Assembly: GCA_051530055.1 (NCBI GenBank)
Contig: CM121341.1
Coordinates: 9,030,784-9,094,783, forward strand
Direction: 5' to 3'
DNA length: 64,000 bases
Source of the DNA: Neoechinorhynchus agilis
Lineage: Eukaryota > Animalia > Acanthocephala
Shown here: piece by piece, positions 37,801 through 49,635 of the stretch
How the letters are laid out: every line of letters begins with the position of its first letter
How positions within the stretch are numbered: position 1 is the first letter of the stretch
Notes under the pieces: model-generated
What the model saw: the letters and a program-made list of their open reading frames with translations, nothing else
Databases searched by the model: none
What the model was told of the DNA's origin: nothing
Position numbers and translations under genes: made by a program

Positions 37801-39235
37801 TATTCGAAAACAATGACTGAGGATGTGAGGTTCCTTCGTTCGAAATATTTCCTCAATAAATCAAATATGTGATGAATGGTTGATTATTTTCACCAAAAAG
37901 TATACTTTCTGGAATTTAATCGTCAGAGAAAATCCTTAGGGTTAAAGTATACTTTTTGGTGAAAATAATCAAATATCTGATGAATGGTTGATTTTTTTCA
38001 CCAAAAAAGTATACTTTCTGGATTTTAATCGTCAGAGAAAATCCTTAGGGTTAAAGTATACTTTTAGTGTACTCGAATTTCCATTCGAAAACAATGACTG
38101 AGGATGTGAGGTTACTTCGTTCGAAATATTTCCCCAATAAATCAAATATGTGATGAATGGTTGATTTTTTTCACCAAAAAAGTATACTTTCTTGATTTTC
38201 ATCGTCAGAGAAAATCCTCAGGGTTAAAGTACACTATTTGGTGAAAATAATCAAAAAATGTGATGAATGGTTGATTATTTTCATCAAAAATTATACTTTC
38301 TGGAATTTAATCGTCAGAGAAAATCCTTAGGGTTAATAAAAATATACTTTTTTGGTGAAAATAATCAAATATGTGATGAATGGTTGATTATTTTCACCAA
38401 AAGTATACTTTCTGGAATTTAATCGTCAGAGAAAATCCTTAGGGTTAAAGTATACTTTTGGTGTACTCGAATTTCTATTCGAAAACAATGACTGAGGATG
38501 TGAGGTTACTTCGTTCGAAATATTTCTCCAATAAATCAAATATGTGATGAATGGTTGATTATTTTCACCAAAAGTATACTTTCTGGAATTTAATCGTCAG
38601 AGAAAATCCTTAGGGTTAAAGTATACTTTTGGTGTATTCGAATTTCTATTCGAAAACAATGACTGAGGAAGTGAGGTTACTTCGTTCGAAATATTTCTCC
38701 AATAAATCAAATACACCAAAAAAAGGCATACTTTCTGGATTTTATTTGAAAAACCTCGATAATTTGCAAAAATTGGGACATTATTAATACAAACAATGAT
38801 AATGTTAGAATCTGTAATCATTCAAATCGATAAATTAAACGGGATTAATAAGATCCTAGCGACGCATTCATGTAAGGGATAATCATTAATAATGGAATGA
38901 ACAAGTGAAAGAGGAGCAATCTCAGGATCCCATCGGTGATTTAAAAAGTCTCCATCTTCCAAAAAGGTGATTGCATTCTCCTTGGTTCTTGAAAAAGCTT
39001 CCACCTAAATCTTTGTATTGTTAAACCTTAAAGGGAACGATCATACCAATACGTCAACCGGTTCGATTTCACCCAATTTACTGAGTTCCGGATACGTCAA
39101 ATGAGCCGGAACCACTTGATTTACCCTCTCAGGTAAATTAACAAACTTTTTTAACGATCGGAAAATAACTTTGAATCGGTCGACGTACTCGTCGAGGCTC
39201 CGATCATTTGTGAAAGATGAACTACGCGATGACAT
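34898..39235 (-). CDS. Uncharacterised multi-exon gene, mostly short GT-AG introns
   Basis: Exons chain in frame via GT-AG (DVL|VEAF, FEY|VSSF, ISQ|VETA, ALFD|DVYK, SQCY|VVLA, LRLY|DDCC). One junction needs an AG-type intron (38804/38810-38857). No family recognised. Confidence 0.65.
37575..38735. repeat. Irregular tandem array C (~110-170-bp modules) with internal palindromes, inside an intron
   Basis: Recurrent AAAGTATACTTT and TTTGGTGAAAATAATCAA...TTGATTATTTTCACCAAAA hairpins, plus TCGTCAGAGAAAATCCTTAGGG. Confidence 0.9.
38804..38857 (-). other. Candidate AG...AC (54 nt) or AG...AT (48 nt, to 38810) intron
   Basis: Removes the in-frame TGA at 38822-38824 between two same-frame ORFs. Ends AGGATCT / AGATTCT are loosely inverted. 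Confidence 0.5.
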
Positions 39236-39259
39236 TGGGAAAAATGGCGAACAACGTCG

Positions 39260-42200
39260 ATGAATACACGTAATGCGATTTCAGTTGCGATCAAGTTCTT
39301 TCTGGTCAACTTTCGGTCTTATGATGGACAATCGTTTTTGGTTCAAACAACCAATGAAATAAATCAAATAGCCGTCATTGATTATGAACACATGAAATCG
39401 CCTATCCCGACTTTACACCTAATCTCCGGTTTCATACCAATTGTCTTTGAAACATTCTATAAACCTATGGCGTCGAAAATCCAATCTGAATTCTTCCGAA
39501 AATTAAGAAAAGTATCCAAGTACTCTCATCTTCAGTTTCTTACCAAGTTCGGATGAAGACGACGAAACCCGCAACTGATGACGCGAAACGTTGTGAATAC
39601 TAAAACTCGAATATTTAATAACTTACAAGCAATCGCCGAAGAAGATCCGAGATAGTGGATCGAAATATCCAATAAAATCTTAATTTCATTCTCTCCTATC
39701 GACAGATAACGAAAATAACCGCTACCGTCGATTACGCCATGAATACAATGTACACTTTCAATAGAGTCGACGAAGCTACGAGCTGGGATGAAGACGACGA
39801 AACCCGCAAATGATGACGCGAAACGTTTTGAATACTACAACGAACATAACCGCAACCGTCGATTACGCCACGAATACGATGCACACTTTTAGTAGAGTCG
39901 AAGACGCTACGAGCTGGGAAGAAGACGAGGAAACCCGCAACTGATAACAAGAAACGTTTTGAATACCACAACGAACATAGCCGCAACCATCGATTACGCC
40001 ACGAATACGATGCACACTTTCAATAGAGTCGACGACGACGAAACCCGCAACTGATGACGCGAAACGTTTTGAATACTACAACGAACATAACCGCAACCAT
40101 CGATTGCGCCACGAATACGATGTACACTTTCAATAGAGTCGACGACGCTACGAGCTGGGAAGAAGACGACGAAACCCGCAACTGATGACGCGAAACGTTT
40201 TGAATACTACAACGAACATAACCGCAACCATCGATTGCGCCACGAATACGATGTACACTTTCAATAGAGTCGACGACGCTACGAGCTGGGAAGAAGACGA
40301 GGAAACCCGCAACTGATAACAAGAAACGTTTTGAATACCACAACGAACATAACCGCTACCGTCGATTACGCCACGAATACGATGCACACTTTTAGTAGAG
40401 TCGACGACGCTACGAGCTGGGAAGAAGACGACGAAACCCGCAATTGATGACGCGAATCGTTTTGAATACTACAACGAACATAACCGCAACCATCGATTGC
40501 GCCACGAATACGATGTACACTTTCAATAGAGTCGACGACGCTACGAGCTGGGAAGAAGACGACGAAACCCGCAACTGATAACAAGAAACGTTTTGAATAC
40601 CACAACGAACATAACCGCAACCATCGATTACGCCACGAATACGATGCACACTTTTAGTAGAGTCGACGACGCTCGAGCTGGAAGACGAAAACCGCAACTG
40701 ATACGAAACGTTTTGAATACTACGAACATAACCGCAACCATCGATTACGCCACGAATACGATGTACACTTTCAATAGAGTCGACGACGCTACGAGCTGGG
40801 AAGAAGACGACGAAACCCGCAACTGATAACAAGAAACGTTTTGAATACCACAACGAACATAACCGCAACCATCGATTACGCCACGAATACGATGTACACT
40901 TTCAATAGAGTCGACGACGCTACGAGCTGGGAAGAAGACACGAAACCCGCAACTGATGACGCGAAACGTTTTGAATACTACAACGAACATAACCGCAACC
41001 GTCGATTACGCCACGAATACGATGTACACTTTCAATAGAGTCGCGACGCTACGAGCTGGGAAGAAGACGACGAAACCCGCGACTGATGACGCGAAACGTT
41101 TTGAATACTACAACGAACATAACCGCAACCGTCGATTGCGCCACGAATACGATGCACACTTTCAATAGAGTCGACGACGCTACGAGCTAGGATAAAGACA
41201 ACGAAACCCGCAACTGATGACGCGAAACGTTTTGAATACTACAACGAACATAACCGCAACCATCGATTGCGCCACGAATACGATGTACACTTTCAATAGA
41301 GTCGGCGACGCTACGAGCTGGGAAGAAGACGACGAAACCCGCAATTGATGACGCGGAACGTTTTGAATATTACAACGAATATAACCGCAACCGTCGATTA
41401 CGCCATGAATACGATGCACACTTTCAATAGAGTCGACGACGCTACGAGCTGGTATGAAGACGACGAAACCCACGACTGATGACGCGAATCGTTTTGAATA
41501 CTACAACGAACATAACCGCAACCATCGATTGCGCCACGAATACGATGTACACTTTCAATAGAGTCGACGACGCTACGAGCTGGGAAGAAGACGACGAAAC
41601 CCGCAACTGATAACAAGAAACGTTTTGAATACCACAACGAACATAGCCGCAACCATCCATTACGCCACGAATACGATGTACACTTTCAATAGAGTCAACG
41701 ACGACGAAACCCGCGACTGATGACGCGAAACGTTTTGAATACTACAACGAACATAACCGCAACCGTCGATTACGCCACGAATACGATGCACACTTTCCAT
41801 AGAGTCAACGACGACGAAACCCGCGACTGATGACGCGAAACGTTTTGAATGCTACAAAGAACATAACCGCAACCGTCGATTACGCCACGAATACGATGCA
41901 CACTTTCAATAGAGTCGACGACGCTACGAGCTAGGATAAAGACAACGAAACCCGCAACTGATGACGCGAAACGTTTTGAATACTACAACGAACATAACCG
42001 CAACCATCGATTGCGCCACGAATACGATGTACACTTTCAATGGAGTCGGCGACGCTACGAGCTGGGAAGAAGACGACGAAACCCGCAACTGATAACAAGA
42101 AACGTTTTGAATACCACAACGAACATAACCGCAACCGTCGATTACGCCACGAATACGATGTACACTTTCAATAGAGTCGACGACGCTACGAGCTGGGATG

Positions 42201-45200
42201 AAGACGACGAAACCCGCAACTGATGACGCGAAACGTTTTGAATACTACAACGAACATAACCGCAACCGTCGATTACGCCACGAATACGATGCACACTTTC
42301 AATAGAGTCGACGACGCTACGAGCTGGGATGAAGACGACGAAACCCACGACTGATGACGCGAATCGTTTTGAATACTACAACGAACATAACCGCAACCAT
42401 CGATTGCGCCACGAATACGATGCACACTTTCTATAGAGTCGACGACGCTACGAGCTGGGATGAAGACGACGAAACCCGCAACTGATGACGCGAAACGTTT
42501 TGAATACTACAACGAACATAACCGCAACCGTCGATTACGCCACGAATACGATGTACACTTTCAATAGAGTCGACGAAGCTACGAGCTGGGATGAAGACGA
42601 CGAAACCCGCAATTGATGACGCGGAACGTTTTGAATATTACAACGAATATAACCGCAACCGTCGATTACGCCATGAATACGATGCACACTTTCAATAGAG
42701 TCGACGACGCTACGAGCTGGGATGAAGACGACGAAACCCACGACTGATGACGCGAATCGTTTTGAATACTACAACGAACATAACCGCAACCATCGATTGC
42801 GCCACGAATACGATGTACACTTTCAATAGAGTCGACGACGCTACGAGCTGGGAAGAAGACGACGAAACCCGCAACTGATAACAAGAAACGTTTTGAATAC
42901 CACAACGAACATAGCCGCAACCATCGATTACGCCACGAATACGATGTACACTTTCAATAGAGTCGGCGACGCTACGAGCTGGGATGAAGACGACGAAACC
43001 CGCGACTGATGACGCGAAACGTTTTGAATACTACAACGAACATAACCGCAACCGTCGATTACGCCACGAATACGATGTACACTTTTAATAGAGTCGACGA
43101 CGCCTCGAGCTGGAATGAAGACGACGAAACCCGCAACTGATGACGCGAAGCGTTTTGAGTATTACAACGAACATTATCGCAAGCGTCAATTACGCCATGA
43201 ATACGATGTACACTCTTAGTAGAGTCGACGACGCTACGAGCTGAAATGAAGACGGCGAAACCCGCGACTGATGACGCGAAACGTTTTGAATACCACAACG
43301 AACATAACCGCAACCGTCCATTACGCCACGAATACGATGTACACTTTTAGTAGAGTCGACGACGATTAAACCCCGACTGATGACGCGAAACGTTTTGAAT
43401 ACCACAACGAACATAACCGCAACCATCGATTGCGCTACGAATACGATGCACACTCTTAGTAGAGTCGACGACGATTAAACCCGCGACTGATGACGCGAAA
43501 TGTTGTTAATACTACAACGAACATAACCGCAACCGTCGAGTACGCCATGAATACGATGTACACTTTTAATAGTCGACGACACTACGAGCTGGGATGAAGA
43601 CGACGAAACCCGCAACTGATGACGCGAAACGTTGTTAATATTACAACGAACATAACCGCAACGATCGATTGCGGCACGAATACGATGTACACTTTCAACA
43701 GAGTCGACGACGGCGAAACCCGCGACTGATGACGCGAAACGTTTTGAATACCACAAAGAACATAACCGCAACCGTCGATTACGCCACGAATGCGATGCAC
43801 ACTTTCAATGGTGGTTTTGTGTTGGTGTGTTTTTGACGGTTTGGTAGACGCGAAACCCGCGACTGATGACGCGAAACGTTTTGAATACACAAGAACATAA
43901 CCGCAACCGTCGATTACGCCACGAATCGATGCACACTTTCAATAGAGTCGACGACGCTACGAGCTGGGATGAAGACGACGAAGCTCGCAACTGATGACGC
44001 GAAACGTTTTGAATACCACAACGAACATAACCGCAACCGTCGATTACGCCACGAATACGATGTACACTTTTAATAGAGTCGACGACGCTACGAGCTTGAA
44101 TGAAGACGACGAAACCCGCAACTGATGGCGCGAAGCGTTTTGAATACTACAACGAGCATAACCGCAACCGTCGATTACGCCATGAATACGATGTACACTT
44201 TTAACAGAGTCGACGACGCTACGAGCTAGGATAAAGACAACGACACCCGCAACTGATGACGCGAAACGTTTTGAATACTACAACGAACATAACCGCAACC
44301 ATCGATTGCACCACGAATACGATGCACACTTTCAATAGTGTCGACGACGCTACAAGCTGGGAAGAAGACGACGAAACACGCAACTGATAACAAGAAACGT
44401 TTTGAATACTACAACGAACATAACCGCAACGGTCGATTACGCCAAGAATACGATGTACACTTTCAATAGAGTCGGCGACGCTACGAGCCGGGATGAAGAC
44501 GACGAAACCCACGACTGATGACGCGAAACGTTTTGAATACTACAACAAACATAACCGCAACCATCGATTGCGCCACGAATACGATGTACACTTTCAATAG
44601 AGTCGGCGACGCTACGAGCTGGGAAGAAGACGACGAAACCCGCAACTGATAACAAGAAACGTTTTGAATACTACAACGAACATAACCGCAACCGTCGATT
44701 ACGCCACGAATACGATGTACACTTTCAATAGAGTCGGCGACGCTACGAGCTGGGATGAAGACGACGAAACCCGCGACTGATGACGCGAAACGTTTTGAAT
44801 ACTACAACGAACATAACCGCAACCGTCGATTACGCCACGAATACGATGTACACTTTTAGTAGAGTCGACGACGATAGTTGGACGACGGTGTGGTTTTGGT
44901 TGTACGAGCTGGGATGAAGACGACGAAACCCGCAACTGATGACGCGAAACGTTTTTAAACACTGCAATCGTGCGCGAATACGATGACACTTTAAAGAGTC
45001 GACGACGGCGAAACCCGCGACTGATGACGCGAAACGTTTTGAATACCACAAAGAACATAACCGCAACCGTCGATTACGCCACGAATGCGATGCACACTTT
45101 CAATAGAGTCGACGACGCTACGAGCTGGGATGAAGACGACGAAGCTCGCAACTGATGACGCGAAACGTTTTGAATACCACAACGAACATAACCGCAACCG

Positions 45201-47830
45201 TCGATTACGCCACGAATACGATGTACACTTTTAATAGAGTCGACGACGCTACGAGCTGAATGAAGACGACGAAACCCGCAACTGATGGCGCGAAGCGTTT
45301 TGAATACTACAACGAGCATAACCGCAACCGTCGATTACGCCATGAATACGATGTACACTTTTAACAGAGTCGACGACGCTACGAGCTGGGATGAAGACGA
45401 CGAAACCCGCAACTGATGACGCGAAACGTTTTGAATACTACAACGAACATAACCGCAACCATCGATTGCGCCACGAATACGATGCACACTTTCAATAGTG
45501 TCGACGACGCTAAGCTGGGGGACGACGAAACACGCAACTGATAACAAGAAACGTTTTGAATACTACAACGAACATAACCGCAACGGTCGATTACGCCAAG
45601 AATACGATGTACACTTTCAATAGAGTCGGCGACGCTACGAGCCGGGATGAAGACGACGAAACCCACGACTGATGACGCGAAACGTTTTGAATACTACAAC
45701 GAACATAACCGCAACCATCGATTGCGCCACGAATACGATGTACACTTTCAATAGAGTCGGCGACGTACGAGCTGGAAGAAGACGACGAAACCCGCAACTG
45801 ATAACAAGAAACGTTTTGAATACTACAACGAACATAACCGCAACCGTCGATTACGCCACGAATACGATGTACACTTTCAATAGAGTCGGCGACGCTACGA
45901 GCTGGGATGAAGACGACGAAACCCACGACTGATGACGCGAAACGTTTTCAATACTACAACGAACATAACCGCAACCATCGATTGCGCCACGAATACGATG
46001 TACACTTTTAATAGAGTCGATGACGGTACGAGTTGGAATGAAGACGACGAAACCCGCAACTGATGACGCGAAGCGTTTTGAATACTAAAACGAACATAAC
46101 CGCAACCGTCGATTACGCCATGAATGCGATGCACACTTTTAATAGAGTCGACGACGCTTCGAGCTGGGGTGAAGACGACGAAACTCGCAACTGATAACAA
46201 GAAACGTTTTGAATACTACAACGAACATAGCCGCAACCATCGATTGCGCCACGAATACGATGTACACTTTTAATAGTCGACGAAGACGAAACTCGCAACT
46301 GGTGACGCGAAACGTTTTGAATACCACAAAGAACATAACCGCAACCGTCGATTACGCCACGAATGTGATGCACACTTTCAATAGAGTCGGCGACGCTACG
46401 AGCTGGGATGAAGACGACGAAACCCACGACTGATGACGCGAAACGTTTTTAAATACTACAACGAACATAACCGCAACCATCGATTGCGATACGAATACGA
46501 TGCACACTTTCAACAGAGTCGACGACAACGAAACCCGCAACTGATAACAAGAAACGTTTTGAATACTACAACGAACAAAACCGCAACCGTCGATTACGCC
46601 ATGAATGCGATGTACACTTTTAACAGTCGACGACGCTACGAGCTGGGATGAAGACGACGAAACCCGCACCTGATGACGCGAAACGTTTTGAATACCACAA
46701 CGAACATAGCCGCAACCATCGATTGCGCCACGAATACGATGTACACTTTTAATAGAGTAAACGACGACGAAACCCGCAACTGATAACAAGAAACGTTTTG
46801 AATACCACAACGAACATAACCGCAACCATCGATTGCGCCACGAATACGATGTACACTTTCAATAGAGTCGACGACGCTACGAGCTGGGAAGAAGACGACG
46901 AACCCCGCAACTGATAACAAGAAACGTTTTGAATACCACAACGAACATAGCCGCAACCATCGATTGCGCCACGAATACGATGTACACTTTTAATAGAGTC
47001 GACGAAGACGAAACTCGCAACTGGTGACGCGAAACGTTTTGAATACCACAACGAACATAACCGCAACCGTCGATTACGCCACGAATACGATGCACACTTT
47101 CAATAGAGTCGGCGACGCTACGAGCTGGGATGAAGACGACGAAACCCACGACTGATGACGCGAAACGTTTTTAAATACTACAACGAACATAACCGCAACC
47201 ATCGATTGCGATACGAATACGATGCACACTTTCAACAGAGTCGACGACAACGAAACCCGCAACTGATAACAAGAAACGTTTTGAATACTACAACGAACAA
47301 AACCGCAACCGTCGATTACGCCATGAATGCGATGTACACTTTTAACAGAGTCGACGACGCTACGAGCTGGGATGAAGACGACGAAACCCGCACCTGATGA
47401 CGCGAAACGTTTTGAATACCACAACGAACATAGCCGCAACCATCGATTGCGCCACGAATACGATGTACACTTTTAATAGAGTAAACGACGACGAAACCCG
47501 CAACTGATAACAAGAAACGTTTTGAATACCACAACGAACATAACCGCAACCATCGATTGCGCCACGAATACGATGTACACTTTCAATAGAGTCGACGACG
47601 CTACGAGCTGGGAAGAAGACGACGAACCCCGCAACTGATAACAAGAAACGTTTTGAATACCACAACGAACATAGCCGCAACCATCGATTGCGCCACGAAT
47701 ACGATGCATACTTTCAATAGAGTCGATAACAAGGTCTCAAATACGTTGTTAAAGGTGACGAAACTCGCCATATACGGCGCGAACCGCCAGCGCTACCATC
47801 TACCCCGTTTTTCGTGATTGTTGGTATTAA
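39260..47830 (+). CDS. Predicted Thr/Asn-rich 30-aa tandem-repeat protein encoded by ~60-65 90-nt exons separated by AG...AC micro-introns
   Basis: Example: exon 39804-39893, then intron from 39894. Synonymous exon variants (ACG CGA/ACA AGA, CTG/TTG, CCG/CCA, TTC/TTT, AAT/AAC). Large indels confined to the intron part. Candidate first exon 39260-39505, last exon 47765-47830 (SPYTARTASATIYPVFRDCWY*). Confidence 0.65.
39551..47764. repeat. Tandem array of 131-bp (and ~110-bp) CpG-rich units with higher-order duplications
   Basis: Period 131 measured between 40141 and 40272. Block ~46430-47000 is repeated at ~47150-47720. Confidence 0.97.
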
Positions 47831-47877
47831 TATCGCCACGATTTTACTTTTAATTGTCAAATTATTTTCATTTCTAG

Positions 47878-48456
47878 ATGCCCCGTCGTCGTGCTCGCCG
47901 AAGAAATTATAAGAAGCTTAAAAGAGTGGATCCATACTACAATGGAATGCGTAAGATGAGTAAAAAAGAGCGTGATCTTAATAGACCACCAAAGCGATCG
48001 GATAAATCGATTATTTCTAACGATCGTGCTACTGATCACAATGCACGTTCATCAATGAAGCCTGACGTTGAGGGCGCTATTACACCTCTAAACGAGATTC
48101 CTCTTGAACCACGACAAAAATCAGAGTCGATAGGAGAGTATCTACGTAGAATTGATGAGGAGACTAAATATGTCGTCTTAAGAGCAAAAGCAACGGTTCG
48201 GTCTTCAAGAAATGATCCAGTTCGCGCACACGCTTCGAAAAAGAAGAAAAAAGTAAATGTTGAAGAAAGGAAAAAAAGTGGAAAGACGAAGAGGAAAGTT
48301 CATGAAACTAATATCCAAGAAGATGTTTATGAAAAGATTCAATTCGGTGATGTAGTACATGCACCTCCTTTCCTCACGTCCGAATTCAAAACGAAAAAAC
48401 CGCTTAGAGGTGAAAATAAGAAGAAATTTTTGTTTACAAAATTATTTGAGCAATAA
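47878..48456 (+). CDS. CCDC137: CCDC137-like protein, 192 aa
   Basis: KRVDPYYNGMRK and EKIQFGDVVHAPP motifs, basic composition. Confidence 0.75.
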   Translation: MPRRRARRRNYKKLKRVDPYYNGMRKMSKKERDLNRPPKRSDKSIISNDRATDHNARSSMKPDVEGAITPLNEIPLEPRQKSESIGEYLRRIDEETKYVVLRAKATVRSSRNDPVRAHASKKKKKVNVEERKKSGKTKRKVHETNIQEDVYEKIQFGDVVHAPPFLTSEFKTKKPLRGENKKKFLFTKLFEQ

Positions 48457-49635
48457 AACGCTGTAAAAACGTACTTCGTTTTACTAGGTTCTAACTTGGC
48501 TGCTCAAATCTATTTTTATATTCTGTGATTTATTGCTCCTTCATTGAGAATAACGTAGTGTAATTCATGTTTTAATTTTCGCCAAAATACGGAGGAGAAC
48601 CATTAAGCTATTGTTATATTTGTGGAAAATGTCTATATGTAAAGCATTGTCTACTTTATAGTCAAGCTCTAGAGATCCCGTCATCTTAATTCAACTTTTA
48701 TATTTTAGGAGAACTTAAAGGGACTTATAATTTTGTTTCTTTCTTTTGGTGGTTATAAACCGTGTCAGAACACGGCAAAAAATTGGATCTCGAGTTTTGA
48801 GGGACCAAAACGTAACCGTCCATGTAGAATTTATCTGAAGTCAAAAATCTGACTAAAATAATTGGGCGGTGTAAAGAAATCGAAATGTAATAGAAAACGA
48901 CCGGATCGCTGCATTTTTAATAATTGATATCGCCTTAGCTTTCGGAGTCAAATACTTTTAGATTAACTCCATTTTTAATGTGCATCCCATTAAAGTGAAA
49001 TAAAGAGCATTTCCTGCCATTAGTTTGGGTTTAATTAGTATCAAATTCATTTGAGTAAGAATTAAGTTTTGGCATTTTGTCTTGCAAGTATCCGATTATT
49101 TGCTTCATCTCACCGATTCGTTCGTTCAGTTAAACCGGCGAAAATGACAAATAATTGGATTTGTTTGATACGTTTGCTGTATTCACAGTACGCAAATGAG
49201 TTCATTATTCGAACAACTTTTCCATTCCAACGTCTACTCCAGGATTATTTCTTAACGAGAGATGGGATCGTTTGCAAGTCCCTTGTTTCTCATTCTCAAA
49301 TTAGTTTCACGGCCTATTAGAAGCTCAGAGGGGACCTGTTTAATACAAACGTAGAGTCTGAATCCATCCTTAACTTCTGTGTAAAGCATCTTGGTCCTAA
49401 GAGAAGACTGTCGACTAATTTATGGATGGTTCAGAATTTCGTTGGTGCCATTGTGGGGGGGGGGGTTGGAGCAACAGTTACTGTGCATGGCTTTGCACCA
49501 CTCAGTGTTTTACGCAGCATCCGTCGATGTAATGAAGCTGGAGGGGATGGATTTAAAATTCACTAGCACCACAGCAAGTGCATCTTTTGTGCGTCGATAG
49601 TTTCTAACAAGTCATCCGTCAGTCCCTCCGTATAA

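Noticed and set aside
39894-39934. Canonical 17-nt GT-AG intron (GTCGACGACGCTACGAG) in array units
   Set aside because: Many units would keep an in-frame TGA (GGA TGA), and the short units lack this acceptor altogether.
39551-47764. CRISPR-like array or functional minus-strand ORFs (MRLCSLWYSKRF...)
   Set aside because: No unique spacers, eukaryotic context and no cas genes. The minus ORFs are frame-cycling by-products of a non-3n repeat.
47728-47950. Alternative frame after the array giving a transmembrane-like segment (FFVIVGINIATILLLIV)
   Set aside because: It is out of phase with the conserved GACGAAAC| acceptor and overlaps the CCDC137 start. The hydrophobicity follows from the T-rich spacer.
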